Shown: in pieces, positions 19,923-29,536 of the stretch
Numbering within the stretch: the stretch's first letter is position 1
How the letters are laid out: each line of letters begins with the position of its first letter
Origin: Bacteroidales bacterium
Lineage (GTDB): Bacteria > Bacteroidota > Bacteroidia > Bacteroidales > DTU049
Length of the DNA stretch: 39,410 nt
Direction: 5' to 3'
Assembly (NCBI GenBank): GCA_030017935.1
Contig: JASEGF010000001.1
Coordinates: 1 to 39,410, forward strand
The notes under the pieces: generated by a model
What the model was told of the DNA's origin: nothing
Database searches by the model: none
Seen by the model: only the letters and a program-made list of their open reading frames with translations
Made by a program: the position numbers and the translations under genes

Positions 19923-21029
19923 ATGGCAAATATTATAGAAGAATTAGAACTACATAAAGAAATGATTAATTACTATGTAGATTTAATAAATGAAAATGAA
20001 AATATCTCCAATCTCAAACTGTTATTACAAGAAATAGAAACTTTACACAATATTATTCTAAAAGAATATATAAATCATTTATCAATAGCACTTAATACTG
20101 CTGAGTCTGAAAGCAAAAATATTTCGTTCGAAACAATGTCGAGTAAAGACCTTGACGCAATATATGCTACGTTAGCACGAGGTATTCAGAATGGCGAAAT
20201 TCCGCAAGAGATGAAAGACATTGAAAAAGAGATGGAAAGACGTTATAATGAAATTTACGAAAAACAAGAAATAGAAATTAATGAAAAACAAAATGATAGC
20301 ATAAATGATATCAATACTCAAATAAAAGAAACTGTCGATGAAGTAAAAGATTATAATGCACCCATAGATAATTTGATAAATGACATTACAAATGCCCAAG
20401 ATGAATTTGCCGAAAAATCTAAAGAAAAAACAAAACCAAATATAATAAACTCTGAAGAACTACCTCTGGATTTTGACATAAGTAATAAAAAGGAAGAAAA
20501 AGATAAGATTGATATTATAGACAATATTGACCAAGATAAAAATAAGCAAGCAGAAAGTTTCATTAACGAAATCATACAAGAACAAGAAGAATTTACTAAA
20601 AATTATAATGAAAAAACAGAATCAACACTTACCTACAATGAGAAACTCTCTCTCGACTTTGACGTAACTAATAAAAATGAGGAACATTCTAATAATTTAG
20701 AAACACAAACTAAAGAGAAGCAAACTATTTTAGAATCTTTTATCAATGAAGCAGACAATGATTATGAAAGTATCAATAATCCGATAATTAACAATAAGAT
20801 AGATGATTTACATAAGGCCTTTAGCATATCAGACAGATATTTTATAACAAATAAACTATTTAATAATAATTCTGTAGCTTATTCTATGGCTATAGAGTCT
20901 ATTAATCAATGTGCTACAATAGAGCAGGTTAATATTATCTTAAAAGAATTGCAAAATAAATATCAATGGGATATTAAGTCATATGAATATAATTATTTCT
21001 ATTCGATAATACAACAAAAATTTAATTAA
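19923..21029 (+). CDS. Acidic Glu/Asn/Lys-rich hypothetical protein with an internal duplication
   Basis: ATG 19923 (MANIIEE) is preferred over 19815 because of the promoter position. Two roughly 40-aa units repeat: QDEFAEKSKEKT..EELPLDFDISNKKEE and QEEFTKNYNEKT..EKLSLDFDVTNKNEE. The C-terminal roughly 80 aa are not low-complexity. Confidence 0.6.
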   Translation: MANIIEELELHKEMINYYVDLINENENISNLKLLLQEIETLHNIILKEYINHLSIALNTAESESKNISFETMSSKDLDAIYATLARGIQNGEIPQEMKDIEKEMERRYNEIYEKQEIEINEKQNDSINDINTQIKETVDEVKDYNAPIDNLINDITNAQDEFAEKSKEKTKPNIINSEELPLDFDISNKKEEKDKIDIIDNIDQDKNKQAESFINEIIQEQEEFTKNYNEKTESTLTYNEKLSLDFDVTNKNEEHSNNLETQTKEKQTILESFINEADNDYESINNPIINNKIDDLHKAFSISDRYFITNKLFNNNSVAYSMAIESINQCATIEQVNIILKELQNKYQWDIKSYEYNYFYSIIQQKFN

Positions 21030-21031
21030 AA

Positions 21032-22348
21032 ATGAAATATTTTATTAAAATTCTTTATTTTTTACTAATTCTTTTATTTTATATCCCATTAAATGGGCAA
21101 GACATACAATATGCTCGTATGTTATTAAAACAATTAACTAGTGAAGAATTTGCTGGCCGTAGTGTGGCAGATAGTGGTATATTCAAAGCAGCAAAATTTA
21201 TTGAAGATCAATTACAGTCGAATGGTATCATGCCATTAACTCAACTAAATAATTCTTATAGACAATGCTTCCCTATGTCTGCTTCTTTACTCATAAAGGA
21301 AGCAAATATAAAAATAGATGACAGAGAGCTACAGCTGGGAAAAGAGTATTTGGTATGGCCTACAGCTAAATCAGTACAAGGTGATTTTGAAATTAAATAT
21401 ATACCAATAGATGATAAAGCTAATCCAGAAAAAATTATCAAGAAAATAGCAAAAGCACCCAATTATTTTTATTTTTTAGATTACTCTAAAGCATACTTGC
21501 TGAAAGCAAAAAACAAAGAAAACTATAATAAACTAAAAAGTTTATATTACTTATCTGAACCTTCACCGAGAGGATATATTTTGCTGGATTCATCTTCATT
21601 TTTTTACACTGCTAAATCTTTTTCTAATCTTAACCACCAAATTATTGTTCTCAATGCTAAAAAGTTACAATTTAAAAAAGCACCTCAAAAAATCTATACA
21701 AAATACACTGTTTCTACACAACCAAATACTGAAATTTGCAATATTATTGGATATATTCCAGGTAAAGTATATCCAGATAGTTTTATAGTGATAGGAGCTC
21801 ATTATGACCATTTAGGTAAAATAGCTGACCAACATTTCCCAGGTGCTAATGATAATGCTAGTGGAGTGGCTATGCTATTAGATCTTGCTAGAGAGTTTGC
21901 TAAAAGTGAAATTAAGCCAGATTATTCTTTGATTTTTATAAGTTTTGCTGGAGAAGAGATTGGTCTATTAGGTTCTAAATACTTTACTACTTATTCGCCA
22001 ATTGAACTGAAAAAAATAAAATTAATGATTAATCTAGACATGGTAGGCAGCGGTAAAGAAGGTATTTCTGTAGTAAATGCTAAAGCTAATCCAACAATAT
22101 TCCAAAAATTACAACAAATAAATGACGAAAAAAAATATGTAACAAATATGCGAGCAGGCGGCTCATCATGTAATTCTGACCATTGCCCCTTCGATCAACT
22201 TGGAATACCTGCTATTTTTATTTTTTCTCGTGATAAGGACTATCCATATTATCACATACCCGATGACGATTATGATAAACTACCATTAGATGGCTATGAA
22301 GGCATATTTAAATTAATTTATGATTATATAATGCAATCAAATAAATAA
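21032..22348 (+). CDS. M28-family aminopeptidase
   Basis: GAHYDHLG, GANDNASGVAMLLDLAR, FAGEEIGLLGS and NLDMVGSG metal-ligand blocks, plus a signal peptide. Confidence 0.85.
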   Translation: MKYFIKILYFLLILLFYIPLNGQDIQYARMLLKQLTSEEFAGRSVADSGIFKAAKFIEDQLQSNGIMPLTQLNNSYRQCFPMSASLLIKEANIKIDDRELQLGKEYLVWPTAKSVQGDFEIKYIPIDDKANPEKIIKKIAKAPNYFYFLDYSKAYLLKAKNKENYNKLKSLYYLSEPSPRGYILLDSSSFFYTAKSFSNLNHQIIVLNAKKLQFKKAPQKIYTKYTVSTQPNTEICNIIGYIPGKVYPDSFIVIGAHYDHLGKIADQHFPGANDNASGVAMLLDLAREFAKSEIKPDYSLIFISFAGEEIGLLGSKYFTTYSPIELKKIKLMINLDMVGSGKEGISVVNAKANPTIFQKLQQINDEKKYVTNMRAGGSSCNSDHCPFDQLGIPAIFIFSRDKDYPYYHIPDDDYDKLPLDGYEGIFKLIYDYIMQSNK

Positions 22349-23326
22349 TAAATTGCATCCACGCAAGGCAGAATAATCGAAACGTCCTAATATCTCAAAT
22401 AAGCCATTCTCATATTTTTTACCAATATCATCAGTTAGTATAAAAGGTAGAGAATATAAATTTGCTAAATCTATGATACCAATTTTACCATTTACTTGAT
22501 TTGGCAATGTATGTAAATAATTATATCTATCCTTAATTAAAATTTTCATCCAAGACGGCGAAGAAAATTCTCCATTAGATAATGAGTAAGCTTGCGATAA
22601 TAATTCTGTCATGCCATATTCACTTGCAATACTTTTAAGACCAAAAGCAGCTTTTAATTTATTGTGCAAAGCACTTCTAGTAATTTCCTCTCTCCTTCCT
22701 TTCATACCACCAGTTTCTATAATAATAGTATTCTCTAAATTCATAGGATATTTTTCTGCAAATTCTAAAAGTGCAAAACTAACTCCCCATAATATGATTT
22801 TAGATTTTTCTTTTTGCCATTTTTCAATAGTTTCGCTCAGAGATGAGTAATCCCATTTAAAAAATTTAGCTTCTTTAGATTTATTTGCTAAAATCTGAGC
22901 CATATAAACTAAAGATGAATGAGGTTGCTCTAAATAATTTGGCAATAAAAAAGCAAACTTATATTGATCAGTTGAACCAAAAAATTTTTCAAAATTTTTT
23001 AATAAACTATTTTCATAAACTCTAAGATAAGAAACATAATGTTTACCTTTATTCATAGCAGTAGTTCCACTTGTTTCGAAGATAGCCTCTACTGGCAAAT
23101 CTTGTAATATCACTTTTTTAGTTTTAAATATATCAACTGGTAATAAAGGTATCTCATCAACACTAGAAACATTATAAGGATTTTTATTTAGAAAATCGCA
23201 ATATTTATTATATACTTCATTATGATGATAATGTAATTCAAATAATTTTAAAGTAATATTATCAAAATTCAAATTTTCATTAAAAATTTCACACTCTATG
23301 TCATGAAGCATATTTACAAGATTCAT
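22337..23326 (-). CDS. LuxE/PaaK-like acyl-protein synthetase (adenylate-forming) family protein
   Basis: 329 aa. TSGTT (AMP-binding-like), ETGGMKGRREE and SEYGMTELLSQ resemble the LuxE-type acyl transferase common in Flavobacteriia. Confidence 0.6.
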   Translation of the reverse strand: MNLVNMLHDIECEIFNENLNFDNITLKLFELHYHHNEVYNKYCDFLNKNPYNVSSVDEIPLLPVDIFKTKKVILQDLPVEAIFETSGTTAMNKGKHYVSYLRVYENSLLKNFEKFFGSTDQYKFAFLLPNYLEQPHSSLVYMAQILANKSKEAKFFKWDYSSLSETIEKWQKEKSKIILWGVSFALLEFAEKYPMNLENTIIIETGGMKGRREEITRSALHNKLKAAFGLKSIASEYGMTELLSQAYSLSNGEFSSPSWMKILIKDRYNYLHTLPNQVNGKIGIIDLANLYSLPFILTDDIGKKYENGLFEILGRFDYSALRGCNLLFI

Positions 23327-23363
23327 AAAAAATTAGTAATTTTACACAAAATTAAAAATTATA

Positions 23364-23873
23364 ATGAAAATATCGATTTTAAATTATATAATTATATTTT
23401 CGATAATGATAATATCACTAAGCAGTTGTATAGAAAATCCTGAGTATCCAGTAATACCTGAAATTAAATTTAAAGATTTTCAAATAATGAAATCTCAACA
23501 AGGTAAAGATAGCTTAGGGACTTTAATATTCACATTTACTGATGGAGATGGAGACATAGGATTAGACGAAAGTGATACTTTTCCACCTTTTAATAGTGAG
23601 AATGAATATTATTACAATTTTTATCTATATTTTATAGAATATAATGACAATGGAGATAGTATAAAACAAATAGAACCACCATATACAGCACGCATACCAC
23701 GAATTAATAGATACGCAGAGAGTGTAAAAGGAGAAATATATGTGGATATAGACGTATATTTTTTGCCATTAGTTTTGCAATATCATAACATAAATATGAG
23801 ATTTTTTATTTATGATAGGGCACTAAATAGGAGCAATGTAGAAAGGACACCGATTTACAAGTTTAATTTTTAA
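23364..23873 (+). CDS. Hypothetical lipoprotein with a DGDGDIG acidic loop
   Basis: 169 aa with a lipobox (ISLSSC) and FTDGDGDIGLDE. Confidence 0.5.
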   Translation: MKISILNYIIIFSIMIISLSSCIENPEYPVIPEIKFKDFQIMKSQQGKDSLGTLIFTFTDGDGDIGLDESDTFPPFNSENEYYYNFYLYFIEYNDNGDSIKQIEPPYTARIPRINRYAESVKGEIYVDIDVYFLPLVLQYHNINMRFFIYDRALNRSNVERTPIYKFNF

Positions 23874-23883
23874 TGATTAGAAA

Positions 23884-25070
23884 ATAAAGGGGGAATTGAA
23901 AGGAAATGGAAATTTACAACATTTATGTTTAAAATTCAGTATTATTAAAATTTATTAATTTTGCAAAAAACATAATTTTATGAAATATACAGCTGAAAAC
24001 ATAGAAGCAATGCTGTCTTTGACCAAAGAGGGCAAGCGAGAATTCCTAGATAATCTATATGAATTTCTCAATAGTAATAGATTGACAGCTTTAGATTATC
24101 AAAGAATCAAGATTTTATCAACTGCTCCCATTTGTCCCAGATGTAGGTGTGAGCATGTTACTAAAGCAGGAGTTCATAATGGTAGACAAGTCTATAAATG
24201 TAAAAAGTGCAAATATCAATTCCGAGAAACTGCCAAATCACTTGTTTATCATATGCACAAATATCCACTGATGCTGGATTATCTAAAATGTATGCTAGAG
24301 GGCAAAAGCTTAAGAGCTTGTGCTAAAGAAGTGGGCATTAGTTTACCAACAAGTTTCAGATGGAGACATAAGATTTTATCTGCTATTCAAGGATTAGAAG
24401 GAGGAATTAGTTTCTCTGGAATAACAGAAGCTGATGAGCTATTAATGCAATATTCAGAAAAAGGTCGTAGATATAAAAGTTTAGAAGAAAAAGAGCAAGC
24501 AATGAAAACTGTTCATCCCAATGTGGCTGTATTAGTAATGACAGATAGAGAAGGTAATTTGCTTTTCAAACATACTGGAGAAAATAGAGTCCAGAATAGT
24601 CAGATAAAAGAAGAGCTAAAGAGACGAGTATCAGAGAACAATTTAATATGTTTTAAACCAAATGATGAGTTTAAACAAGCAGTGATGGAATCATCAAGTA
24701 AAAAGATTTTAGTTCGAGGTAAAACAAAAGGATTAACAGTTTATAGTGTAAAGATTGCGGAGAAAAAGATAAACAATTTTCTAGTTTGGATGACAAAATT
24801 CAGAGGAGTGGCTACAAAGTATTTACAGAACTACCTTATGTGGTTTGTAGTGATAAATAAGTACTTGAAAGCCAATGTGGAGGCAGACATTGGGAGACTT
24901 TTGAACTTGTCATCGCACGATAGATGGGCGTGGGAGCGGTATTGGAGATTGATGAAGTTAAAATATTGATACAATACCTAATTTTAAACAATTAAAAATT
25001 GTTAATTACCTTCCCTTTTTACCCTTGATTATTCTGAATGAATATCCATACCTTTCTTCATCTCCCATAT
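23884..25070 (+). mobile_element. Possible IS1595-family element (single transposase gene with weak purine-rich inverted flanks)
   Basis: The left flank AAATAAAGGGGGAATTGAAAGGAAATGG (23882-23909) is loosely matched by the reverse complement of the right flank TTACCTTCCCTTTTTACCCTTGATTATTC (25007-25035). The match is poor and no target duplication was identified. Confidence 0.3.
23980..24969 (+). CDS. IS1595 (ISXO2-like) family transposase homologue
   Basis: N-terminal Zn ribbon (CPRCRCEH...YKCKKCKYQF) and an HTH-like segment (SLRACAKEVGISLPTSFRWRHK). ITEADELL resembles the (V)EIDET block. The C-terminal NNFLVWMTKFRGVATKYLQNYLMWF resembles the N.IE.FW..LKR...G.....L..YL.EF block. Confidence 0.65.
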   Translation: MKYTAENIEAMLSLTKEGKREFLDNLYEFLNSNRLTALDYQRIKILSTAPICPRCRCEHVTKAGVHNGRQVYKCKKCKYQFRETAKSLVYHMHKYPLMLDYLKCMLEGKSLRACAKEVGISLPTSFRWRHKILSAIQGLEGGISFSGITEADELLMQYSEKGRRYKSLEEKEQAMKTVHPNVAVLVMTDREGNLLFKHTGENRVQNSQIKEELKRRVSENNLICFKPNDEFKQAVMESSSKKILVRGKTKGLTVYSVKIAEKKINNFLVWMTKFRGVATKYLQNYLMWFVVINKYLKANVEADIGRLLNLSSHDRWAWERYWRLMKLKY

Positions 25071-25152
25071 TAATATTTATAAAAAAAATACATTTTATCA
25101 ATTTTTTCTATTAATTTTGCAAAATTTTTTAACTGTGGAAGAAATATTATCG

Positions 25153-26202
25153 ATGCTTGGCTTTATAGTTTTGGTAGCTATTCTAATGTTTATTGATCTT
25201 AAAGTAGGTAAAACTCAACATCATGTCATGACACTGAAATCTGCTGCATTATGGACAGTATTTTGGATTGGTGCAGGTGTATTATTTGGTTTTAGTCTAT
25301 TGATTTGGGGACATCATATTCATTCCATTCATTCAATAGAGGATTTATCCTTAATAATACAAAAGCATCATCACATGATAAATATTAGTGGGTTGTCTTT
25401 TGATGAAGCTTTGAAATTATATAGACAAAATCTTACAATAGAATATTTCACTGGATATTTCATTGAGAAATCTTTATCATTAGATAATATTTTTGTGTGG
25501 TTACTAGTATTTATGTCTTTTAATGTACCTGAGAAAAATTATAAAGATATATTATTTTGGGGAATAGTAGGAGCAGTAGTATTTAGATTTGTTTTTATTT
25601 TTGGATTATCATCGCTATTAAGTGCATTTGAATGGGTACTTTTCATATTCGCTGCTATATTGCTATATACTGGTATTAGAATGTTTTTTAGAAAAAAAGA
25701 TAATGAAGAAAAAGAAAAAGAAAAGTATAAAAATCATTTTTTAGTTAAATGGTTTTCGAAATTTCGCCATTTTTACCCTGGATATGATAAAGGTTTCTTT
25801 TTTAGAAAAGGAGGATTTACATTTGTTACAGGTAGTTTCCTAGTTCTTTGTATTGTTGAATTAACAGATGTTATCTTTGCAATAGATTCTATACCAGCTA
25901 TATTTGCTATTACTGCTGATCCATTTATAATTTATTTTTCAAATATCTTTGCTATTCTAGGACTGAGAGCATTGTTTTTCTTAATTTACCACGGTTTACG
26001 CAGTTTATATTATCTGAATTATGGATTAGGAGCCTTACTTACTTTGATGGGAGTAAAAATCCTTGCAGGGGATTGGTTACACGAAATAGGATTTACAAAT
26101 GTTCATAGTTTAATATTAGTATTAAGTATCATTACTATTACTATTGTCGCGTCATTATTAAAAAAGAACCATTCTAAAGTTAAAGTAAATGTTGAGAAGT
26201 AA
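25153..26202 (+). CDS. TerC-family integral membrane protein
   Basis: Multi-TM protein with the FIEKSLSLDNIFV and IDSIPAIFAIT TerC signatures. The ORF-track start at 25117 is a TTG inside the TAATTTTG promoter box, so the ATG at 25153 is preferred. Confidence 0.8.
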   Translation: MLGFIVLVAILMFIDLKVGKTQHHVMTLKSAALWTVFWIGAGVLFGFSLLIWGHHIHSIHSIEDLSLIIQKHHHMINISGLSFDEALKLYRQNLTIEYFTGYFIEKSLSLDNIFVWLLVFMSFNVPEKNYKDILFWGIVGAVVFRFVFIFGLSSLLSAFEWVLFIFAAILLYTGIRMFFRKKDNEEKEKEKYKNHFLVKWFSKFRHFYPGYDKGFFFRKGGFTFVTGSFLVLCIVELTDVIFAIDSIPAIFAITADPFIIYFSNIFAILGLRALFFLIYHGLRSLYYLNYGLGALLTLMGVKILAGDWLHEIGFTNVHSLILVLSIITITIVASLLKKNHSKVKVNVEK

Positions 26203-27928
26203 TAATTGCGGAGAGCTAAGATTAAATGATTTAGATAGACAAGTAAGTTTATGTGGGTGGGTGCACCATATTAGAGATTTAGGTAAATTACTATTTATCG
26301 ACCTTAGAGATCGTTATGGCACTACTCAAATATATTTCGATGCTAATAATAAACCTGAATTGTATCAAAGAGCTAAACAATTAGGTAGAGAATACGTGAT
26401 ACAAGTCATTGGTACTGTCAGAGAGAGAAGTAATAAAAATCCTAAAATGCCAACAGGTGATATAGAAATCGATGTAGAAGAGCTAACGGTGCTTAATTCT
26501 TCTCAAATTCCCCCCTTTACTATAGAAGATGATACTGATGGTAGCGAAGAGATGAGATTGCAATATAGATATTTAGACCTTCGCAGAAATGCCATGAAAG
26601 ACACATTGATTTTTAGGCATAAGCTTAATTTATCTATCAGAAATTTCCTCAGCGAACAAGATTTTTTAGAAATAGAAACTCCTTTTCTCATCAAAAGTAC
26701 TCCTGAAGGTGCTAGAGATTTCATCGTGCCATCCAGATTAAATCCTGGTAATTTCTATGCTTTACCTCAATCTCCTCAATTACTGAAGCAATTATTGATG
26801 TTTGCTGGCATGGATAGATATTTTCAAATAGTGCGTTGTTTCAGAGACGAAGATTTCAGAGCCGATAGGCAACCTGAGTTTACACAGCTAGACTGCGAAA
26901 TGTCTTTTGTAAAACAAGAAGACATACTAAATCTATTCGAAAATATGATGAAAAATCTTTTTAAAAAATTACTCGATATTGATTTGCCTACTTTTCCTAG
27001 ACTTACTTATAAAGAAGCTATGGAAACATATGGTAGTGATAAACCAGACCTTCGTTTTGATATGCCTATCATTAATTTATCTGATAAATTAAAAGGTAAT
27101 GGATTTAAAATCTTTGATGAATCAGAATATGTCGGAGGATTATTACTGGCTAATCAACCATCAGTATCACGCAAACATATAGATAAATTCACTGAATGGG
27201 TAAAAAATCCACAAGTGGGCGGCAGCGGACTTGCTTACATTAGATATGTGGATGGTCAAATCAAATCTTCTATTTCTCAATTTTTTACTAATGAGTTTTT
27301 ACAAAATGTCATGATTTCACTAAATGCTTCTACAAATGATATTCTATTTATTATTAGTGGTAATAAAGACAAATCTTTAAAAATTTTAGGAGATTTTAGA
27401 CTATATTTAGCAAAAGAATATAATTTAATACAAAAAAATATATTTAAACCTTTATGGGTAATAGATTTCCCTATGTTTGAATGGGATGAAGAAAATAAAC
27501 GTTTCACTTCTTCGCATCACCCATTTACAAGTCCATTGGAGGAAGATATCGATTTATTAGATACCAATCCATCTATTGCCAGATCTAATGCGTATGATAT
27601 GGTAATGAATGGTGCAGAACTAGGCGGTGGTTCTATAAGAATTCACGATAAAAATTTGCAAAAAAAGATTTTCAAATTATTAAATTTGACTGATCAAGAA
27701 GCAGAAGATAAATTTGGGTTCTTTTTAAAAGCTCTAGATTATGGTGCACCACCACATGGAGGCATTGCTTTTGGTATTGATAGAATAGTAGCTGTCATGC
27801 TCGGACTTAATAGCATTAGAGACGTGATAGCTTTCCCTAAAAATAATATGGGAAGAGACCTGATGATGCAGGCTCCTGCTCCTGTATCTGAAGAGCAATT
27901 AAAAGAATTGCATATTAAGGTTCAATAA
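26189..27928 (+). CDS. aspS: Aspartate--tRNA ligase
   Basis: 579 aa with class-II motifs (FRDEDFRADRQPEFTQLD, GGGSIRIH, GIAFGIDR). It overlaps the end of terC by 14 nt. Confidence 0.97.
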   Translation: MLRSNNCGELRLNDLDRQVSLCGWVHHIRDLGKLLFIDLRDRYGTTQIYFDANNKPELYQRAKQLGREYVIQVIGTVRERSNKNPKMPTGDIEIDVEELTVLNSSQIPPFTIEDDTDGSEEMRLQYRYLDLRRNAMKDTLIFRHKLNLSIRNFLSEQDFLEIETPFLIKSTPEGARDFIVPSRLNPGNFYALPQSPQLLKQLLMFAGMDRYFQIVRCFRDEDFRADRQPEFTQLDCEMSFVKQEDILNLFENMMKNLFKKLLDIDLPTFPRLTYKEAMETYGSDKPDLRFDMPIINLSDKLKGNGFKIFDESEYVGGLLLANQPSVSRKHIDKFTEWVKNPQVGGSGLAYIRYVDGQIKSSISQFFTNEFLQNVMISLNASTNDILFIISGNKDKSLKILGDFRLYLAKEYNLIQKNIFKPLWVIDFPMFEWDEENKRFTSSHHPFTSPLEEDIDLLDTNPSIARSNAYDMVMNGAELGGGSIRIHDKNLQKKIFKLLNLTDQEAEDKFGFFLKALDYGAPPHGGIAFGIDRIVAVMLGLNSIRDVIAFPKNNMGRDLMMQAPAPVSEEQLKELHIKVQ

Positions 27929-28120
27929 TTTTATTGAAATAAGGGCATAGTCGTCCCTTAAAAAAAGATAAGTATTTGTCTGGTAATAACTTATAGATAA
28001 TTTTTACTCAAAATATCTCAAATTTTAGAGAGGCTATTTTTATCTTTTCAAAAACTATATTATCAATTTTTCTTTATTGTTTTCAAATAAAATATACAAA
28101 TTGACTGTTTCAGGGATGAC

Positions 28121-28200
28121 TATCTATTTTACTTTTCTTTGTCAACCACACAAAGAAAAGTTACAAAAGTAAAGTCTCTGCTGGGGAAATATTGGATGGG
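28121..28200 (+). repeat. Direct repeat copy A (isolated 5' module of the 30355 element)
   Basis: The first 41 nt are identical to 30355-30395. By hand alignment, 66 of the first 71 aligned positions are identical. It contains the 12-bp hairpin ACTTTTCTTTGT-CAACCAC-ACAAAGAAAAGT (28131-28161). Confidence 0.85.
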
Positions 28201-28222
28201 CTGAAAAATCATTATGATAATT

Positions 28223-28711
28223 TTAATTTTGTTTTTTTGTTCCATAGATTTCGAATGGCACACCTATTATATTACGCTTAAAATAAGGATATTTTTCATC
28301 TCCTTCAAGCTTCCAACATATAAATTTTTTTATTTCAACTGTTAAAATACTATCAAAATATTTATATTCTTCATTATCCGATGTTATCCGATTATTTTCT
28401 ATGAGTATCAAATCTAATTTGGCTGATTCAATGAACATGTTTAATTTATCTATATTATTAAAACAAATTTTAAAAAAAGCATATCCTCTAATTGTATCAG
28501 AAATAAAAGTATCAATAACTATAATCTTATCATTATTTTCAGAATCGCTACCTTTTATTTTTCCACACATAAATTCTCCAAAAATTGGATCATTTATAGC
28601 ATTAGAATCATAATAATTTAAAAAATCCTTTTCTTTTTTAATTTTTACTGTATCACACGATGAAACTATTGCTATGATTATTAATATTGACACAAAAATA
28701 TTTATCCTCAT
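28223..28711 (-). CDS. Lipoprotein, putative immunity protein for the adjacent Rhs C-terminal toxin
   Basis: 162 aa with a lipobox (IIAIVSSCD). Its ATG lies 1 nt after the stop of the Rhs-CT ORF, the classic toxin-immunity arrangement. Confidence 0.5.
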   Translation of the reverse strand: MRINIFVSILIIIAIVSSCDTVKIKKEKDFLNYYDSNAINDPIFGEFMCGKIKGSDSENNDKIIVIDTFISDTIRGYAFFKICFNNIDKLNMFIESAKLDLILIENNRITSDNEEYKYFDSILTVEIKKFICWKLEGDEKYPYFKRNIIGVPFEIYGTKKQN

Positions 28712-28712
28712 A

Positions 28713-29099
28713 TTAATAGAATTTAATTAATGGATAAAATCTTTCTAATAAATAATTTGTTTGATTTTCTTCTCTTAATGAAAAATTATTATAAACACTA
28801 CTTAGAGTTGCCTGAGATTCAAATTTAAACAATCTAACAGCAATAACAAAATCATTTTCATTAAATTTTGATATACTTGTCCCATTCGGATCTACCAGCA
28901 CCACCGGATCATCCGTACTATAGCAATATAGCGATAGTGATGGATACTTATCCGATAAAAAATCAACAGATAACCAGCTACTTAAATCTGCGTCATAGTA
29001 TCTCGCACCAAAGTACGTGTAGCTGGTCTTATTGCCTAACTCATTAACGATGAATTTGTAGCGGGCATCAAAATCACTATATAAAACTAATATAAACAT
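28713..29099 (-). CDS. Orphan, 5'-truncated Rhs/YD core end plus a short C-terminal toxin module
   Basis: YFGARYYDADLSSWLSVDFLSDKYPSLSLYCYSTDDPVVLVDPNG matches the RHS-repeat-associated core terminus (YxGARYYDPxxGRWxSxDPxxxxYPxxSPYxYxxNNPxxxxDPxG). About 55 aa of unrelated sequence follow. The frame is closed 3 codons upstream of the ATG, so the Rhs shell is absent. Confidence 0.7.
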   Translation of the reverse strand: MFILVLYSDFDARYKFIVNELGNKTSYTYFGARYYDADLSSWLSVDFLSDKYPSLSLYCYSTDDPVVLVDPNGTSISKFNENDFVIAVRLFKFESQATLSSVYNNFSLREENQTNYLLERFYPLIKFY

Positions 29100-29105
29100 A
29101 TTTAT

Positions 29106-29435
29106 TTAATGTGAAGATTGTTTTATTTTTTCAAAATAATATTCTTTTTTTTCTAAATCACATGGATTCCTTATTATATCTTTAATTGTATATAATCCAA
29201 TATGGTATAAGTTAACAAAATAAATTTTATCACATAAAAATTCAAAATATATACAATTATTCGTATCAGAAAAAATTATTTCACTAGAATCGCAATATCC
29301 ACAAACTATGTCTATTTCAACATTATTAACAGGATTGTTTTGTTTATCAAAAAAACATATTTCAATTTTTTTGGTTGTTTGTGCATTTAATTCTAAAAAA
29401 AATAATGATAAAATAATAAAAAATTTATTTTTCAT
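29106..29435 (-). CDS. Small secreted Cys-rich hypothetical protein (possible orphan immunity protein)
   Basis: 109 aa with signal peptide MKNKFFIILSLFFLELNAQ. It is in the same frame as the downstream Rhs fragment, separated only by TAA and two codons. Confidence 0.4.
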   Translation of the reverse strand: MKNKFFIILSLFFLELNAQTTKKIEICFFDKQNNPVNNVEIDIVCGYCDSSEIIFSDTNNCIYFEFLCDKIYFVNLYHIGLYTIKDIIRNPCDLEKKEYYFEKIKQSSH

Positions 29436-29536
29436 AAAAATTATTTTTTATTGTGCATGTAATTACTTATTCTTTTTAATTCAAAATTATTTTACAACAA
29501 ATTTAATTAATAATTCTATTATATCATAGTTAATAA

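Noticed and set aside
24970-25152. yybP-ykoY (Mn2+) riboswitch upstream of the TerC-family gene
   Set aside because: The leader is short and AT- or pyrimidine-rich, with no recognisable conserved four-way-junction sequence. It mostly contains the promoter box and the right flank of the IS-like gene.
27929-27975. aspS terminator at the hairpin AAGGG-CATAGTCGT-CCCTT
   Set aside because: The stem is only 5 bp and is followed by an A-run rather than a T-run on the aspS strand. Support is too weak to annotate.
28131-28161. The 12-bp hairpin of repeats A and B as a rho-independent terminator
   Set aside because: No U-tract follows the hairpin on either strand (AACAAAAG on plus, AAAATAGA on minus).
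29308-29529. Plus-strand 73-aa ORF in the islet
   Set aside because: It largely overlaps the signal-peptide end of the 109-aa minus-strand ORF, has Ile/Asn/Phe-rich low-complexity composition and no promoter box.
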